DNA of 64,000 bases from Candidatus Caldarchaeales archaeon (GCA_039630085.1 JBCNVM010000008.1:1-64000); one strand, 5' to 3'. Positions 9,204 to 19,229 are shown, numbered from the stretch's first letter. Numbers and translations: made by a program. The notes: a model not told the origin generated them from the sequence alone.

Positions 9204-9440
9204 TCACCCGCCGACCGTCCTCGTGACCAGGACTAGCTTGTCCCCCTCCGCGACGCCCGCCGACTCCAGCGTCTCCGTGTCCCCGAGCGCCCTGCCCTTG
9301 TAGGTGAGCTTCGCGTCGTCGGGCCTGAGCTTCTTCATCGCGCAGACCCTGAGCTTTATCGCGCCCACGGTCGTGTTCGGCGGGACGTCGATCTCGAGGG
9401 GTGGTCCTCCTCCCACGGCGGGGACTATCCTCACCCTCAT
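9204..9440 (-). CDS. ubq: Ubiquitin (78 aa, ending in RTVGG)
   Basis: MRVRIVPAVGGGPPLEIDV...LTYKGRALGDTETLE...LVLVTRTVGG*; closely resembles my recollection of Ca. Caldiarchaeum subterraneum ubiquitin; true start ATG 9440. Confidence 0.92.
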   Translation of the reverse strand: MRVRIVPAVGGGPPLEIDVPPNTTVGAIKLRVCAMKKLRPDDAKLTYKGRALGDTETLESAGVAEGDKLVLVTRTVGG

Positions 9441-9567
9441 CGCTACCCCTAGCGCCTTTCCTCGGCTAAATAAGGTCATCTTGCGTCGGCTGTTCGGCTG
9501 GTGGAGATCGTCCTCGTACGTCCTCTGCGTCCGGTCGAGCATCGCGGTACGCTCGGCAATACGAAGC

Positions 9568-9654
9568 CGCCGGGGGCGGGATTCGAACCCGCGCGGCTCA
9601 CGGGGAGCCACAGGCTCTCAAGGCCTGCCCCTTGGTCCACTCGGGCACCCCGGC
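9568..9654 (-). tRNA. tRNA-Ser (anticodon UGA), long variable arm, CCA not encoded
   Basis: GCCGGGG/CCCCGGC acceptor stem, CAGGC-CTTGAGA-GCCTG anticodon arm, GGTTCGAATCC T-loop, G discriminator. Confidence 0.95.
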
Positions 9655-9788
9655 CGACGGATCTCCGAGGAGGCCGGATTTTAGGGTCCCCCGGAACGCG
9701 ACCCCGTCAGACGCGACGTATTCCCTGCACTTACGGCCGGGAGTCTCCGGGGACAACGTTTTACGTGGGCTGGCACCCCGTGGGCCGG

Positions 9789-10268
9789 ATGGAGGAGCTC
9801 GCGAGGATGAGGGTGAGGCTGACGTCGGACCTGCCAAGGCTTGAGGTCGCCGGCAGGGTCTACGAGGGCCTGAAGACGGGAGCGGTGATCGAGGTCCCGG
9901 TCTGGGCCGCGGACGCGATGGTCAAGGCGAGGGTCGCCGAGGTGGTCGACGAGCTGGGCGTCCAGCAGCTCCGCCAGATCTCGCTCAGGGAGACGAGGGG
10001 ACAGGTCGAGCCGGTCCCGCTCAGGGAGGACTTCTACGGGAGGGCGAGGCACGCGCTGAGGAGGGCGAGGGAGTTCTCGGGAGAGGAGGCGAGGAGGTTC
10101 GAGGAGGCCCTGAGGGACGTGATCGCCGCGAGGGTCCACAAGGTCTGCGTCGCGGCCACGAAGGGCGCCGAGCCTCCGTGGCTGGGGAACCTGACGCCGG
10201 AGGAGAGGAGGCTCTACCTGAGGGCGAGGGAGCTGGTAGAGGAGTTCGTCTCGGAGGCGCTGAGGTAG
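9789..10268 (+). CDS. gins23: GINS subunit (Gins23/Psf2-like, B-A domain order)
   Basis: IEVPVWAA..M motif, LREDFY, NLTPEE; directly upstream of mcm. Confidence 0.8.
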   Translation: MEELARMRVRLTSDLPRLEVAGRVYEGLKTGAVIEVPVWAADAMVKARVAEVVDELGVQQLRQISLRETRGQVEPVPLREDFYGRARHALRRAREFSGEEARRFEEALRDVIAARVHKVCVAATKGAEPPWLGNLTPEERRLYLRARELVEEFVSEALR

Positions 10269-12275
10269 TTGGGGTCGGACGGGCGGCCGGTGGAGGAGAG
10301 GCTCGTCGAGCTCTTCAAGCGGGAGAAGTACAGGGACCTGATAGCGAGGGCCGTCCTCTCCAACAGGCGGTCGGTCCCGGTGGACTTCCCGGACCTCGCG
10401 GTCTTCGACCCGGAGTTCGCCCCGGCCCTCCTCGAGCACCCCGACAGGTACCTCCCGGTGCTGGACGCGGCGCTCACCGAGCAGGTCAGGATCGAGTTCC
10501 CCGAGCAGTTCGGGAGGAGGTTCAGGGCGAGGGTCAGGGGGCTCCCGGAGGCGCTCAGCGTCAGGGCGATCAGGTCCGCGCACCTCGGGAAGCTCGTCAT
10601 GGTCGACGGGATCGTCGTGAGGGCGACGACGGTCAGACCGGTCGTGGTCAGGGCCTTCTACAGGTGCAGGAACTGCGGGAGGGAGTACGAGGTCGAGGGC
10701 TGGAGGGGGGTCCCGAGGTGTTCGAACCCCCGGTGCGCCGAGAGGAAACCCGCGATGGAGAGGCTCGAAGAGAAGACCGAGTACACCGACTCCCAGCTGC
10801 TCGGCCTCCAGGAGAAGCCCGAGGAGCTCCCGCCGGGCCAGCTTCCCAGGACGATCGAGGTCTCGCTGACCGAGGACATCGTCGACACGGCCGCGCCGGG
10901 CGACAGGGTGACGGTCTGCGGCGTGGTTAGGGCGGTCGCGGAGAGCAGGGGAGGCGCGCCCACAGGGCAGCTGAAGATGAGGATCGAGGCGGTCTCGCTG
11001 GAGACGAGGGGCAAGGAGCTCGAGTCGCTCGCGATCTCCCCCGAGGACGAGAAGGAGTTCAGGAGGATGGCCTCCGAACCCGGGATCTACGAGAGGCTGG
11101 TGGCCTCGATAGCGCCCTCGATCTACGGACACGAGGCGATCAAGGAGGCGATACTGCTGGCGCTGGTCGGCGCGAGGCAGAAGGTCTTCCCCGACGGCGT
11201 GAGGGTGAGGGGGGACGTCCACCTGCTCCTCGTGGGAGACCCGGGGACCGCGAAGTCGACGCTGCTGCTCCACGCAGCGCAGATCGCCCCGAGGGGCGTG
11301 TACACGACCGGAAGGGGCTCGACGGCCGCCGGCCTCACGGCAGCGGTGATCAGGGAGCAGGGAGGGGGGATGGTCCTGGAGGCGGGCGCGACGGTCCTCG
11401 CGGACATGGGGGTCTGCGTCGTCGACGAGATCGACAAGATGAGGCCGGAGGACAGGGTCGCGATGCACGAGGTGATGGCCAACCAGACCGTCAGCATCGC
11501 GAAGGGAGGAATAGTCGCGACCCTCAACGCCAGGTGCAGCATACTCGCCGCGGCGAACCCTGAGCTCGGGAGGTACGACCCCTACAGGCCATTCAACGAG
11601 AACGTGAACCTGCCAGTGACGCTGCTGAGCAGGTTCGACCTGATCTTCGTCCTGAGGGACGAGCCGAACCCCGAGGTCGACAGGAGGATCTCGTCCCACA
11701 TGATCTCCCTCCACCTGAACAGGGCCCCTGCAGAGGCCGCCCCGGTCCCTCCGGAGACTCTGAAGAGGTACATCGCGTTCGCGAAGAAGTTCAACCCGGT
11801 CCTGACGGAGGAGGCCGCGAAGGAGATCCAGCAGTTCTACCTCCAGATGAGGTCGGTCTACGAGAGGACATCGACGGTCGCGATAACCGCGAGGCAGCTC
11901 GAGTCGCTGGTGAGGCTGGCCGAGGCCAGGGCGAGGGCCCTCCTGAGGGAGGCTGTGACGAAGGAGGACGCGCAGGTCGCGATACGGCTGATGAAGAGGA
12001 GCCTCTCGGAGGTGGGGATAGACGTGGAGACCGGGAAGCCTGACATCGACGTGATCATGTCGGGGAAGCCGCTGAGCGTGAGGGAGAAGCTGACGCTGGT
12101 ATTGGACGCGATCAAGAGGCTCCAGCAGCAGCACGGCTACGCCGACGACAACGCGCTCAGGCAGGAGCTGGCGGAGAAAGGGCTGAGCAAGTCCGAAATC
12201 GACAGGATACTGAGCAGGATGATCTCCGACGGCAGGATCTACTCTCCGAAGCCCGGGACCTACAGGGTAACCTGA
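10269..12275 (+). CDS. mcm: MCM replicative helicase
   Basis: Zn finger, GDPGTAKS, VDEIDKM, LLSRFDL, TARQLESLVRL, C-terminal wH; no intein. Confidence 0.97.
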   Translation: MGSDGRPVEERLVELFKREKYRDLIARAVLSNRRSVPVDFPDLAVFDPEFAPALLEHPDRYLPVLDAALTEQVRIEFPEQFGRRFRARVRGLPEALSVRAIRSAHLGKLVMVDGIVVRATTVRPVVVRAFYRCRNCGREYEVEGWRGVPRCSNPRCAERKPAMERLEEKTEYTDSQLLGLQEKPEELPPGQLPRTIEVSLTEDIVDTAAPGDRVTVCGVVRAVAESRGGAPTGQLKMRIEAVSLETRGKELESLAISPEDEKEFRRMASEPGIYERLVASIAPSIYGHEAIKEAILLALVGARQKVFPDGVRVRGDVHLLLVGDPGTAKSTLLLHAAQIAPRGVYTTGRGSTAAGLTAAVIREQGGGMVLEAGATVLADMGVCVVDEIDKMRPEDRVAMHEVMANQTVSIAKGGIVATLNARCSILAAANPELGRYDPYRPFNENVNLPVTLLSRFDLIFVLRDEPNPEVDRRISSHMISLHLNRAPAEAAPVPPETLKRYIAFAKKFNPVLTEEAAKEIQQFYLQMRSVYERTSTVAITARQLESLVRLAEARARALLREAVTKEDAQVAIRLMKRSLSEVGIDVETGKPDIDVIMSGKPLSVREKLTLVLDAIKRLQQQHGYADDNALRQELAEKGLSKSEIDRILSRMISDGRIYSPKPGTYRVT

Positions 12276-12288
12276 CGGTGGACAGCGC

Positions 12289-14424
12289 TTGGAGGTCGAG
12301 GCCCTTCCAGTCTCCGAGGGGATGAAGAGGGCGCTGAGGTCGGAGGGCGTCGAGCGGCTCTACCCGCACCAGGTCAGCGCGATCGAGCGGGGGCTGATGG
12401 AGGGCAGGAGCATGGTCGTCTCCGCGCCCACCGCCTCCGGGAAGACGCTCCTCGCGGTCCTCGCGGCCTACAGGCACCTCTCGGAGGGGAGGAAGGTCCT
12501 CTACCTGACGCCCCTCAGGGCCCTGACGACCGAGAAGGTCACCGAGTTCGCGCGCCTCTTCGGCGAGGCGGGGATGAGGGTTAAGGTCAGGGCGGCCTCC
12601 GGCGACTACGACGACAGGGGCGACTGGCTCTCCGACAGCGACCTGGTCGTCGCGACCTACGAGAAGGCCGACAGCCTGGTCAGGCACGGGGCCTCTTGGC
12701 TCGGGAGGGTCAGGCTGATCGTGGTTGACGAGGTCCACATGATCGGCGACAGGGAGAGGGGGCCGACGCTGGAGATGACGGTCGCGAAGCTCCTCGAGGT
12801 CCTCGGGGGGCCGCAGGTCCTCTGCCTCAGCGCGACGATCCGGAACGCCGAGGAGATAGCCCGGTGGCTCGACGCCGAGCTCGTCAGGTCCGACTTCAGG
12901 CCCGTCCCGCTGAAGGAGGGCGTCCTGGTCGAGAGCGAGAACATGGTCCTCTTCTCCGACGGCACCTCGAGGCGGCTCGAGGAGATGGGGGACGGACTGC
13001 TGGCCGCGGTGAGGGACGGGCTCCGGAACGACGGCCAAGTCCTCGTCTTCGCGATGACTAGGAGGAAGGCCGAGGCCTATGCGAAGAGGATCGCCGGGTC
13101 CTTGGTCGAGCTTGGCGACGGAGAGGAGCTCAGCCGGTACGTCGCGAGGGCCCTCGAGGACCGGGACTCCCCCTCCAGCGAGCAGCTGGCCGAGCTCATC
13201 TCAAGGGGCGTCGCCTTCCACCACGCGGGCCTGAGCTTCCACCACAGGTCCCTGGTCGAGGAGGCCTTCAGGTCGAGGGCCCTGAAGGTGCTCTGCGCGA
13301 CCACGACGTTGGCGGCCGGCGTGAACCTTCCGGCGAGGACCGTGGTGATTCCGGAGTACCGGAAGTACGCGGGGAGCAGGGGGTACGAGGAGCTGAGCGT
13401 GATGGAGTACAAGCAGCTCTGCGGGAGGGCCGGGAGGCCGAAGTACGACAGGGCGGGGTACGCGGTCCTGATCGCGAGGACGCCCAGGGCGGCCCGGGAG
13501 CTGATGAACGCGTACGTCCTCGGCGAGCCCGAGAAGGTCTGGTCGTTCCTGGCCAGCGAGAGGCACCTCAGGTCGCACGTCCTCTCCCTGGTGGCTACCG
13601 AGATCGCGACCGACGAGCCCTCGCTCCACAGCATCCTCGGGAGGACCTTCTTCGCGCACCAGTACGGGCAGGGCGTCCTCCGGAACAAAGTAGGTCCGGT
13701 CCTCGAGTTCCTCGAGGAGAACGGCATGATAAGGAGGGGCAAGGGGATCGAAGCGACCCCGCTGGGCAGGAGGGTCTCGGAGCTCTACATCGACCCGATG
13801 ACCGCTGTGAAGATGCTGGAGCTGACCTCCGGCGACTTCGTCCCCGAGGAGCTGGCCATGCTCGCGGTCGTCTCGATCGTCCCGGACATGCAGGACGTCC
13901 CGGTGCCCGGCGTCCCCAAGTCGGTCCTCTCGAGGGTCGCGGAGGAGAACCGACGAATCCTGCCCCGGCTCCCCGACCCCGACGACTCGCCCGACGAGTA
14001 CGAGCTCTACCTCGAGGGCCTCGCGATCGCCCTGACGCTCGAGGAGTGGATCGGGGAGGTCAGGGAGAAGGAGATCTACGAGAGGATGAGGATCGAGCCC
14101 GGAGACTTCGCGGTCCTCAGGGAGAGGGCCGAGTGGGTCGCGTACTCCGCGGGCCAGGTGCTGAGGGTCGTGGGGAGGAGGGGAATCGCCTTGAGGTTCG
14201 CGGAGCTGGCGGAGCGGATCAGGCACGGCGTCAGGCCCGACATACTGGAGCTCGTCTCGATCCCCGAGGTCGGAAGGGTGAGGGGGAGGGAGCTCTGGAG
14301 GAACGGCTTCAGGTCGCTCAGGGAGATCGCCGAGGCCCCGGTCGAGAGGCTCGCGAAGGTCCCGGGAATAGGCCAGAGGCTCGCGGAGAGGATCAAGGCC
14401 TACGCCGTCGCCGCTGCCCGGTGA
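12289..14424 (+). CDS. hel308: Ski2-like DNA helicase Hel308
   Basis: PTASGKT, DEVH, LSAT, AFHHAGL, GVNLPA, GRAGRP, C-terminal HhH with GRVRGR. Confidence 0.92.
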   Translation: MEVEALPVSEGMKRALRSEGVERLYPHQVSAIERGLMEGRSMVVSAPTASGKTLLAVLAAYRHLSEGRKVLYLTPLRALTTEKVTEFARLFGEAGMRVKVRAASGDYDDRGDWLSDSDLVVATYEKADSLVRHGASWLGRVRLIVVDEVHMIGDRERGPTLEMTVAKLLEVLGGPQVLCLSATIRNAEEIARWLDAELVRSDFRPVPLKEGVLVESENMVLFSDGTSRRLEEMGDGLLAAVRDGLRNDGQVLVFAMTRRKAEAYAKRIAGSLVELGDGEELSRYVARALEDRDSPSSEQLAELISRGVAFHHAGLSFHHRSLVEEAFRSRALKVLCATTTLAAGVNLPARTVVIPEYRKYAGSRGYEELSVMEYKQLCGRAGRPKYDRAGYAVLIARTPRAARELMNAYVLGEPEKVWSFLASERHLRSHVLSLVATEIATDEPSLHSILGRTFFAHQYGQGVLRNKVGPVLEFLEENGMIRRGKGIEATPLGRRVSELYIDPMTAVKMLELTSGDFVPEELAMLAVVSIVPDMQDVPVPGVPKSVLSRVAEENRRILPRLPDPDDSPDEYELYLEGLAIALTLEEWIGEVREKEIYERMRIEPGDFAVLRERAEWVAYSAGQVLRVVGRRGIALRFAELAERIRHGVRPDILELVSIPEVGRVRGRELWRNGFRSLREIAEAPVERLAKVPGIGQRLAERIKAYAVAAAR

Positions 14425-14965
14425 ATCCCTCGCCGCCGAGGACCGCGATCGCTTCGTCGAGGCCCCTTATCCTCTTGACCTTGGAGTCGTCGGGCACGTT
14501 CCTGTTCCAGGGCTGGTCCCTGAGCAGCAGCACCCCCTTCCTCCCGATCAGGTCCTCCGCGAGCCTCGGCGAGTCGTCGATGTAGACGTCGTAGCCGAGC
14601 TCCGCCTTCCTCGCCACCCCTATCACCAGCGCCCTGTAATCGACCGAGTGGAGATCCAGCCAAGACCTAATGTGCCGCTCGTCCTCCCTCGGCCTCCCCG
14701 TGACCACGTCGACCGTCCCGAGCTCCGAAAGCGCCCTCACCTTCTCGGCCAGCCGGTCCTCGGCCGGAGGCACATCGGGCCATTTGCTCCACGCCCTAGA
14801 GAATATCGCCCCGAACTCGGCCTCCGTTATCCCGAGCCTCCTCCAGAAGTCCCACTCGTCGACCGACTCGTACGCGAGCCTGGGGAACCTCTCCGCGTTC
14901 CAGATCTCCAGCCAGACCTTCATCGTGTTGGCCAGCACGCCGTCGAGGTCTAGGGCTATCCTCAT
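14393..14965 (-). CDS. HAD-superfamily 5'(3')-nucleotidase-like protein
   Basis: DLDGVL, VVTGR, YIDDSP, QPWN. Confidence 0.8.
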   Translation of the reverse strand: MRIALDLDGVLANTMKVWLEIWNAERFPRLAYESVDEWDFWRRLGITEAEFGAIFSRAWSKWPDVPPAEDRLAEKVRALSELGTVDVVTGRPREDERHIRSWLDLHSVDYRALVIGVARKAELGYDVYIDDSPRLAEDLIGRKGVLLLRDQPWNRNVPDDSKVKRIRGLDEAIAVLGGEGFTGQRRRRRP

Positions 14966-15081
14966 CCGACGCGAGTCGCCGCGCCGATCTTATCCGCCTT
15001 TCGCCGAGATCCGCCGGAGCTGCTCCGCGGACGCTCTCCGATGTAAACTATATCACGGAGCGTTAGCGATCGGATCGTGAT

Positions 15082-15507
15082 ATGGTCCGGCAGGTAGACT
15101 TCAAGTCGGCGCCGATCGACCCGGACTTCAAGAGCAAGCTCACCAAGACGGGGACGCACCACAACCACGACGTCTGGGGCGAAGGCGTCCAGAGGTTGGA
15201 CGCGGAGGGCAAGCCCTACCCGACAAAACTGGGGGTACACGGATCGGTCGTCGCAGTGGACTGGGACTCCTGCGTCGCCGACGGAGCGTGCATGGACGTC
15301 TGCCCCGTAAACGTCTTCGAGTGGTTCCTCAACCCCGGCCAGTCGGGCTCAGGCAAGGACAGGGTGATCGACCCGAACAACGACAGGGAGCTCTGGGAGA
15401 AGTACAGGACCGACAAGTCCGACCCTGTGAGGGAGTCCGACTGCATCTTCTGCATGGCCTGCGAGTCCGCCTGCCCGGTGCTCGCGATAAAGATCTACCC
15501 GCCGTAA
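15082..15507 (+). CDS. zfx: Zinc-containing (7Fe-type) ferredoxin
   Basis: His-rich N-terminal extension (HHNH...LGVHG), CVADGAC...CP and CIFCMAC...CP, as in Sulfolobus/Thermoplasma Zfx. Confidence 0.85.
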   Translation: MVRQVDFKSAPIDPDFKSKLTKTGTHHNHDVWGEGVQRLDAEGKPYPTKLGVHGSVVAVDWDSCVADGACMDVCPVNVFEWFLNPGQSGSGKDRVIDPNNDRELWEKYRTDKSDPVRESDCIFCMACESACPVLAIKIYPP

Positions 15508-15616
15508 CCGGGCTGAGCCTTCGCCGGGGACCGTTTTTCGCCTCACTGAAGAACCCCGAGTGATTTCCGCGGCTGCGTGCCCGCCATTTAACTGCGGATA
15601 ACCGTGACGGGTTCGG

Positions 15617-15623
15617 TTTAAAT
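15617..15623 (+). promoter_or_regulatory. TATA box of hppA (likely leaderless mRNA)
   Basis: TTTAAAT in GC-rich context about 27 nt before ATG 15650. Confidence 0.55.
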
Positions 15624-15649
15624 CTCTGCGAAGCGAGGGTCCGGAAGCG

Positions 15650-17812
15650 ATGTGGATAGACCCGATGGTCCTCACGACGGCCCTCGGAGCCCTCGGAGCG
15701 CTGACGGCGGTCGCGTTCGTGATGCTGGTCGAGAGGTACCAGAAGGGCCCCGAGTCCTTCGTCTCGGTCTGGGCCGCGATCAGGGAGGGCTCGGCGGCTT
15801 ACCTGAAGAGGCAGTACAAGACGATCTACGTCATCGCGGCCTTCATCTTCCTCCTGATCGTCGGGAGCTTCGGGGCCTTCCCCGCGATGGGAGGCCTCTG
15901 GTACGGCCTCTCGATCGGCGGCAGCTTCCTGCTCGGCGTGACCTTCTCCCTGATAGCCGCGAGCATCGCGATGGACTCCGCGACCAGGGCCAACGTCAGG
16001 ACCGCCTACGCCGCCTCCAGGGACTCGGTCTCCTCGCTCAGGGTCGCGACGCTGGGGGGCGCGGCGCTGGGGCTCGCGGTCATCGCGATGAGCCTGCTGG
16101 GCCTCTCGATCCTCTACTGGGTCTTCAGGGACCCGGGCATCCTCGCGGGCTTCGGGTTCGGGGCGAGCCTCGCGGCCCTCTTCGCGCAGCTCGGCGGCGG
16201 GATCTACACGAAGAGCGCCGACATCGGCGCGGACCTCGTCGGCAAGGTCGAGGTCGGGATACCTGAGGACGACCCGAGGAACCCGGCGGTGATCGCTGAC
16301 CAGGTGGGCGACAACGTCGGCGACGAGGCGGGGAGGGGAGCAGACCTCTTCGAGTCCGTGACCGCGGAGAACCTCGGAGGGATGATCATCGCGCTGATGG
16401 TCTCGATAGTCCTCTTCCAGAAGATCAACGAGAGCTACGTCGTGATGCCGCTCCTGGTTCGGGCCGTCGGGGTAGTCGCGACGCTGGCCGGAGTCGGGTG
16501 GGCCGTCTTCCAGAGGGGCTTCAGGGACGCGATCGAGCCCCTCAGGAACGGGCTGATCGTCACCTCTGTCGTCGCGGCGGCGCTGATGTACGTGACCTCC
16601 GCGACCGTATTCGGGCAGCACTTCCTCCCGCTCTACGTCTCGATGATCGTGGGGCTGATCGCCGGGATCCTCATCATGTTCTACAGCGAGATCTACACCA
16701 GCCTGAAGTCCAGGTACGTGGGCGCGATCGCCAGCAACAGCGAGTCCGGGCCCGCCCTCACGGTGGTCTCGGGCCTCGCGGTCGGGATGATATCCACGGC
16801 GCTCCCCGTGATAACGGTCGTGATCGCGATCATCGTCTCATACCTGCTCGGCGTCGAGTGGGCCAGGACGGCAGGCCTCCCTGACCTCTTCCTCGGGGGA
16901 GTCTTCGGGACCACGATGGCCACGATGGGGATGCTCTCGACCGCGGGTTTCGTCCTGACGATGGACGGGGTCGGGCCGATCGTCGACAACGCGGGAGGGA
17001 TAGCCGAGATGGCGAACGCCCCGAAGGAGATAAGGGACAGGCTAGAGCCGCTGGACGCGCTGGGCAACACGACGAAGGCCCTCACGAAGTCCTACGCGAT
17101 GGGTTCGGCGGCCCTCGCGGCCCTCCTGCTCTTCCAGGCGTTCCTGCTCGAGGTCGGGAGGTACCTCGCGGGGATAATCGAGCTCAGCCACCTGACGCCG
17201 GCCCAGTCCCGTAACCTCCTCGTCCAGATCGAGCAGCTCTCGAACCAGCTCCAGCTCAACTCCCCGACCGTCCTGATAGGCCTCTTCATCGGCGCGATGA
17301 TCCCGTTCCTCTTCTCCGGGTACGCGGTCAACGCGGTCGCGACCGGGGCCTTCCAGATGGTCGAGGAGGTCAGGAGGCAGTTCAGGACCATTCCTGGTCT
17401 CCTCAACGGCGCCGCGAGGCCCGAGTACGGCAGGTGCGTCGACATCTCCACCAAGACCGCGCTCAAGCTGATGGTCACCCCGACGCTCGTCGTGACGCTG
17501 GCTCCGATTCTGGTCGGCGTGCTGCTCGGGTGGAGGGCCGTGGGAGCCCTGGTGATCGGCGCGACGGTCTCCGCGATACCGCTCGCGATCGTCGGGTTCT
17601 ACGGGGGCGCAGCGATGGACAACGCGAAGAAGTACCTCGAGATCGCGGGGAGGAAGGGTTCGGACGCCCACAAGGCCGCGGTCGTCGGCGACACGGTCGG
17701 GGACCCGATGAAGGACACGTATGCACCATCGCTCCACATCCTCATCAAGCTGCTGAACACGCTGTCCTTGGTGTTCATTCCGCTGTTCATCTACGCTATA
17801 ATGACGCTCTGA
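15650..17812 (+). CDS. hppA: Membrane H+-translocating pyrophosphatase, K+-independent type
   Basis: GGGIYTKSADIGADLVGKVE, EDDPRNP, GNTTKA (Lys marks K+-independence), GDTVGDPMKD. Confidence 0.95.
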   Translation: MWIDPMVLTTALGALGALTAVAFVMLVERYQKGPESFVSVWAAIREGSAAYLKRQYKTIYVIAAFIFLLIVGSFGAFPAMGGLWYGLSIGGSFLLGVTFSLIAASIAMDSATRANVRTAYAASRDSVSSLRVATLGGAALGLAVIAMSLLGLSILYWVFRDPGILAGFGFGASLAALFAQLGGGIYTKSADIGADLVGKVEVGIPEDDPRNPAVIADQVGDNVGDEAGRGADLFESVTAENLGGMIIALMVSIVLFQKINESYVVMPLLVRAVGVVATLAGVGWAVFQRGFRDAIEPLRNGLIVTSVVAAALMYVTSATVFGQHFLPLYVSMIVGLIAGILIMFYSEIYTSLKSRYVGAIASNSESGPALTVVSGLAVGMISTALPVITVVIAIIVSYLLGVEWARTAGLPDLFLGGVFGTTMATMGMLSTAGFVLTMDGVGPIVDNAGGIAEMANAPKEIRDRLEPLDALGNTTKALTKSYAMGSAALAALLLFQAFLLEVGRYLAGIIELSHLTPAQSRNLLVQIEQLSNQLQLNSPTVLIGLFIGAMIPFLFSGYAVNAVATGAFQMVEEVRRQFRTIPGLLNGAARPEYGRCVDISTKTALKLMVTPTLVVTLAPILVGVLLGWRAVGALVIGATVSAIPLAIVGFYGGAAMDNAKKYLEIAGRKGSDAHKAAVVGDTVGDPMKDTYAPSLHILIKLLNTLSLVFIPLFIYAIMTL

Positions 17813-17840
17813 TAACAGAAGACGAGCTCCTCCCGTTTCG

Positions 17841-19229
17841 TCAGATCCTCCTGAGCCTTGGGTTCACGAGCGGCTCGAGTCCGAGGGCCAGCGAAGCGAA
17901 CGCGATGCCGGTCACCACGAGCAGGAGGCCAGGAGGTATGACCCACCACCAGTAACCCGTGAAGACGGCTCCGGTCCTGAACCCGAGCTCGAGGATCTGG
18001 CCCCAGGTCGGTATCGTCGGGTCCCCGAGCCCAAGGAAGCTGAGCCCCGCTTCTGCGAGGATCGCGGAGGGCACGAAGAAGACCATTTGGGCGGCGACGT
18101 AAGGCGCGATCTGGGGGAGGACGTGGAGGAGGATCACCCTCGAGTCGCTCGCGCCGCCGGCCTTCGCGGCCTCGATGAAGGGCATCTCCACCACTTGGAG
18201 GACCATCGACCGCACTACGATCGCTAGCCCGGGCCAGGAGAAGGCCACAAGGATGGCCATGATCGCGAGGATGTTCGGCCTGAGGAGGAAGGAGAGGAAG
18301 ACCAGTATCGGGAGGAGGGGCACGTTCGCGATCACGTCCGCTACCCTCTGGATCGCCTCCTCGAGGAGGCCCCTGTAGTATCCGCTGAGGAGGCCGAGGA
18401 GCGTCCCGATCGACGTCACCAGCACCGAGGCGAAGGCTCCTATTCCGAGGGCCACGGGGAAGCCGTAGAGGAGCCCGAGGAAGAGGTCCCTACCCACCGC
18501 GTCTGTCCCGACGAGCCCATAGTGCGAGCCTCCCAGCACCACCGAGACCGAGTCGATCCCGTCGCCCGGCGACCCGAAGAGCCTCGCGACGAAGACGTAC
18601 TCCCCCTTCAGCGGGGCGTGGCCATCCGGCGCGGGGACCGCGAAGGCGAGCCTCGAGGATGCAGCGAACAGATCTGCACCGTAGGACGTCGCGAACCAGT
18701 CCCTCAGCGCGGCGACGAAGTCCTGTGAGCCCTCAGGGGAGACCCTCAGCGGCTGGTCCGACCACCTGACGTAGGGCGGGGACTCGAGCGGAGAGGGCCG
18801 CGGGACCGAGACCCTCGCGAGCGGCAGCCGGAGGCCGTCGGGCCTATAGACGTCGACCGCGAGCGAGGGCGGGTCGCCGGAGAACTTCAGGCCCCGCACG
18901 ACGACGACCGCGTGGGAGGGGAGCGCGCCCCGGTCGTACCTGAACCTCGCGGCGTAGGTGACCAACCCGGCCTCCTCCGAGACCCTCGCGAGCCTGACCT
19001 CGGTCTGGGGGAAATAGGGGGAACCCGTGATCACCGCGTGCCACTCCGGCGGGACGGCCCTCGGCAGCTCGACCCAGTGGGCGGGGTCGTTCCAGTAGCG
19101 GGTCCCGAAGTCGAGGGGCATCAGGAGCAGGACCAGCGCGGACACCGCGACCATCGCGACCAGCAAAGAGACCCCGACCCTCCCGGACCAAGTCGAGGTC
19201 AGGAGCCTCCAGGGGCTGTCAGGGGTCAA
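17841..19229 (-). CDS. Opp/Dpp-type ABC permease (C subunit) with large extracellular loop
   Basis: GTDAVGRD, FIEAAKAGGAS, AEAGLSFLGLG. Confidence 0.9.
   Translation of the reverse strand: MTPDSPWRLLTSTWSGRVGVSLLVAMVAVSALVLLLMPLDFGTRYWNDPAHWVELPRAVPPEWHAVITGSPYFPQTEVRLARVSEEAGLVTYAARFRYDRGALPSHAVVVVRGLKFSGDPPSLAVDVYRPDGLRLPLARVSVPRPSPLESPPYVRWSDQPLRVSPEGSQDFVAALRDWFATSYGADLFAASSRLAFAVPAPDGHAPLKGEYVFVARLFGSPGDGIDSVSVVLGGSHYGLVGTDAVGRDLFLGLLYGFPVALGIGAFASVLVTSIGTLLGLLSGYYRGLLEEAIQRVADVIANVPLLPILVFLSFLLRPNILAIMAILVAFSWPGLAIVVRSMVLQVVEMPFIEAAKAGGASDSRVILLHVLPQIAPYVAAQMVFFVPSAILAEAGLSFLGLGDPTIPTWGQILELGFRTGAVFTGYWWWVIPPGLLLVVTGIAFASLALGLEPLVNPRLRRI

Noticed and set aside
7510-9576. 10-bp direct repeat CCGCCGGGGG at the tRNA-Ser 3' end and in the E1 tail, suggesting the Ub operon integrated at the tRNA
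   Set aside because: Short and all G/C in a very GC-rich genome; no integrase and no compositional shift.
9441-9611. N-terminal extension of the ubiquitin ORF in the ORF track (135 aa)
   Set aside because: It runs through the tRNA-Ser gene and the promoter; the ubiquitin fold begins at ATG 9440.
9681-12134. Long antisense and alternate-frame ORFs (e.g. 817 aa opposite mcm; also 1365-2756, 35772-37532, 40902-42488, 57511-58809)
   Set aside because: Shadow ORFs caused by GC-rich codon bias; Pro/Arg-rich, motif-free, overlapping well-supported genes.
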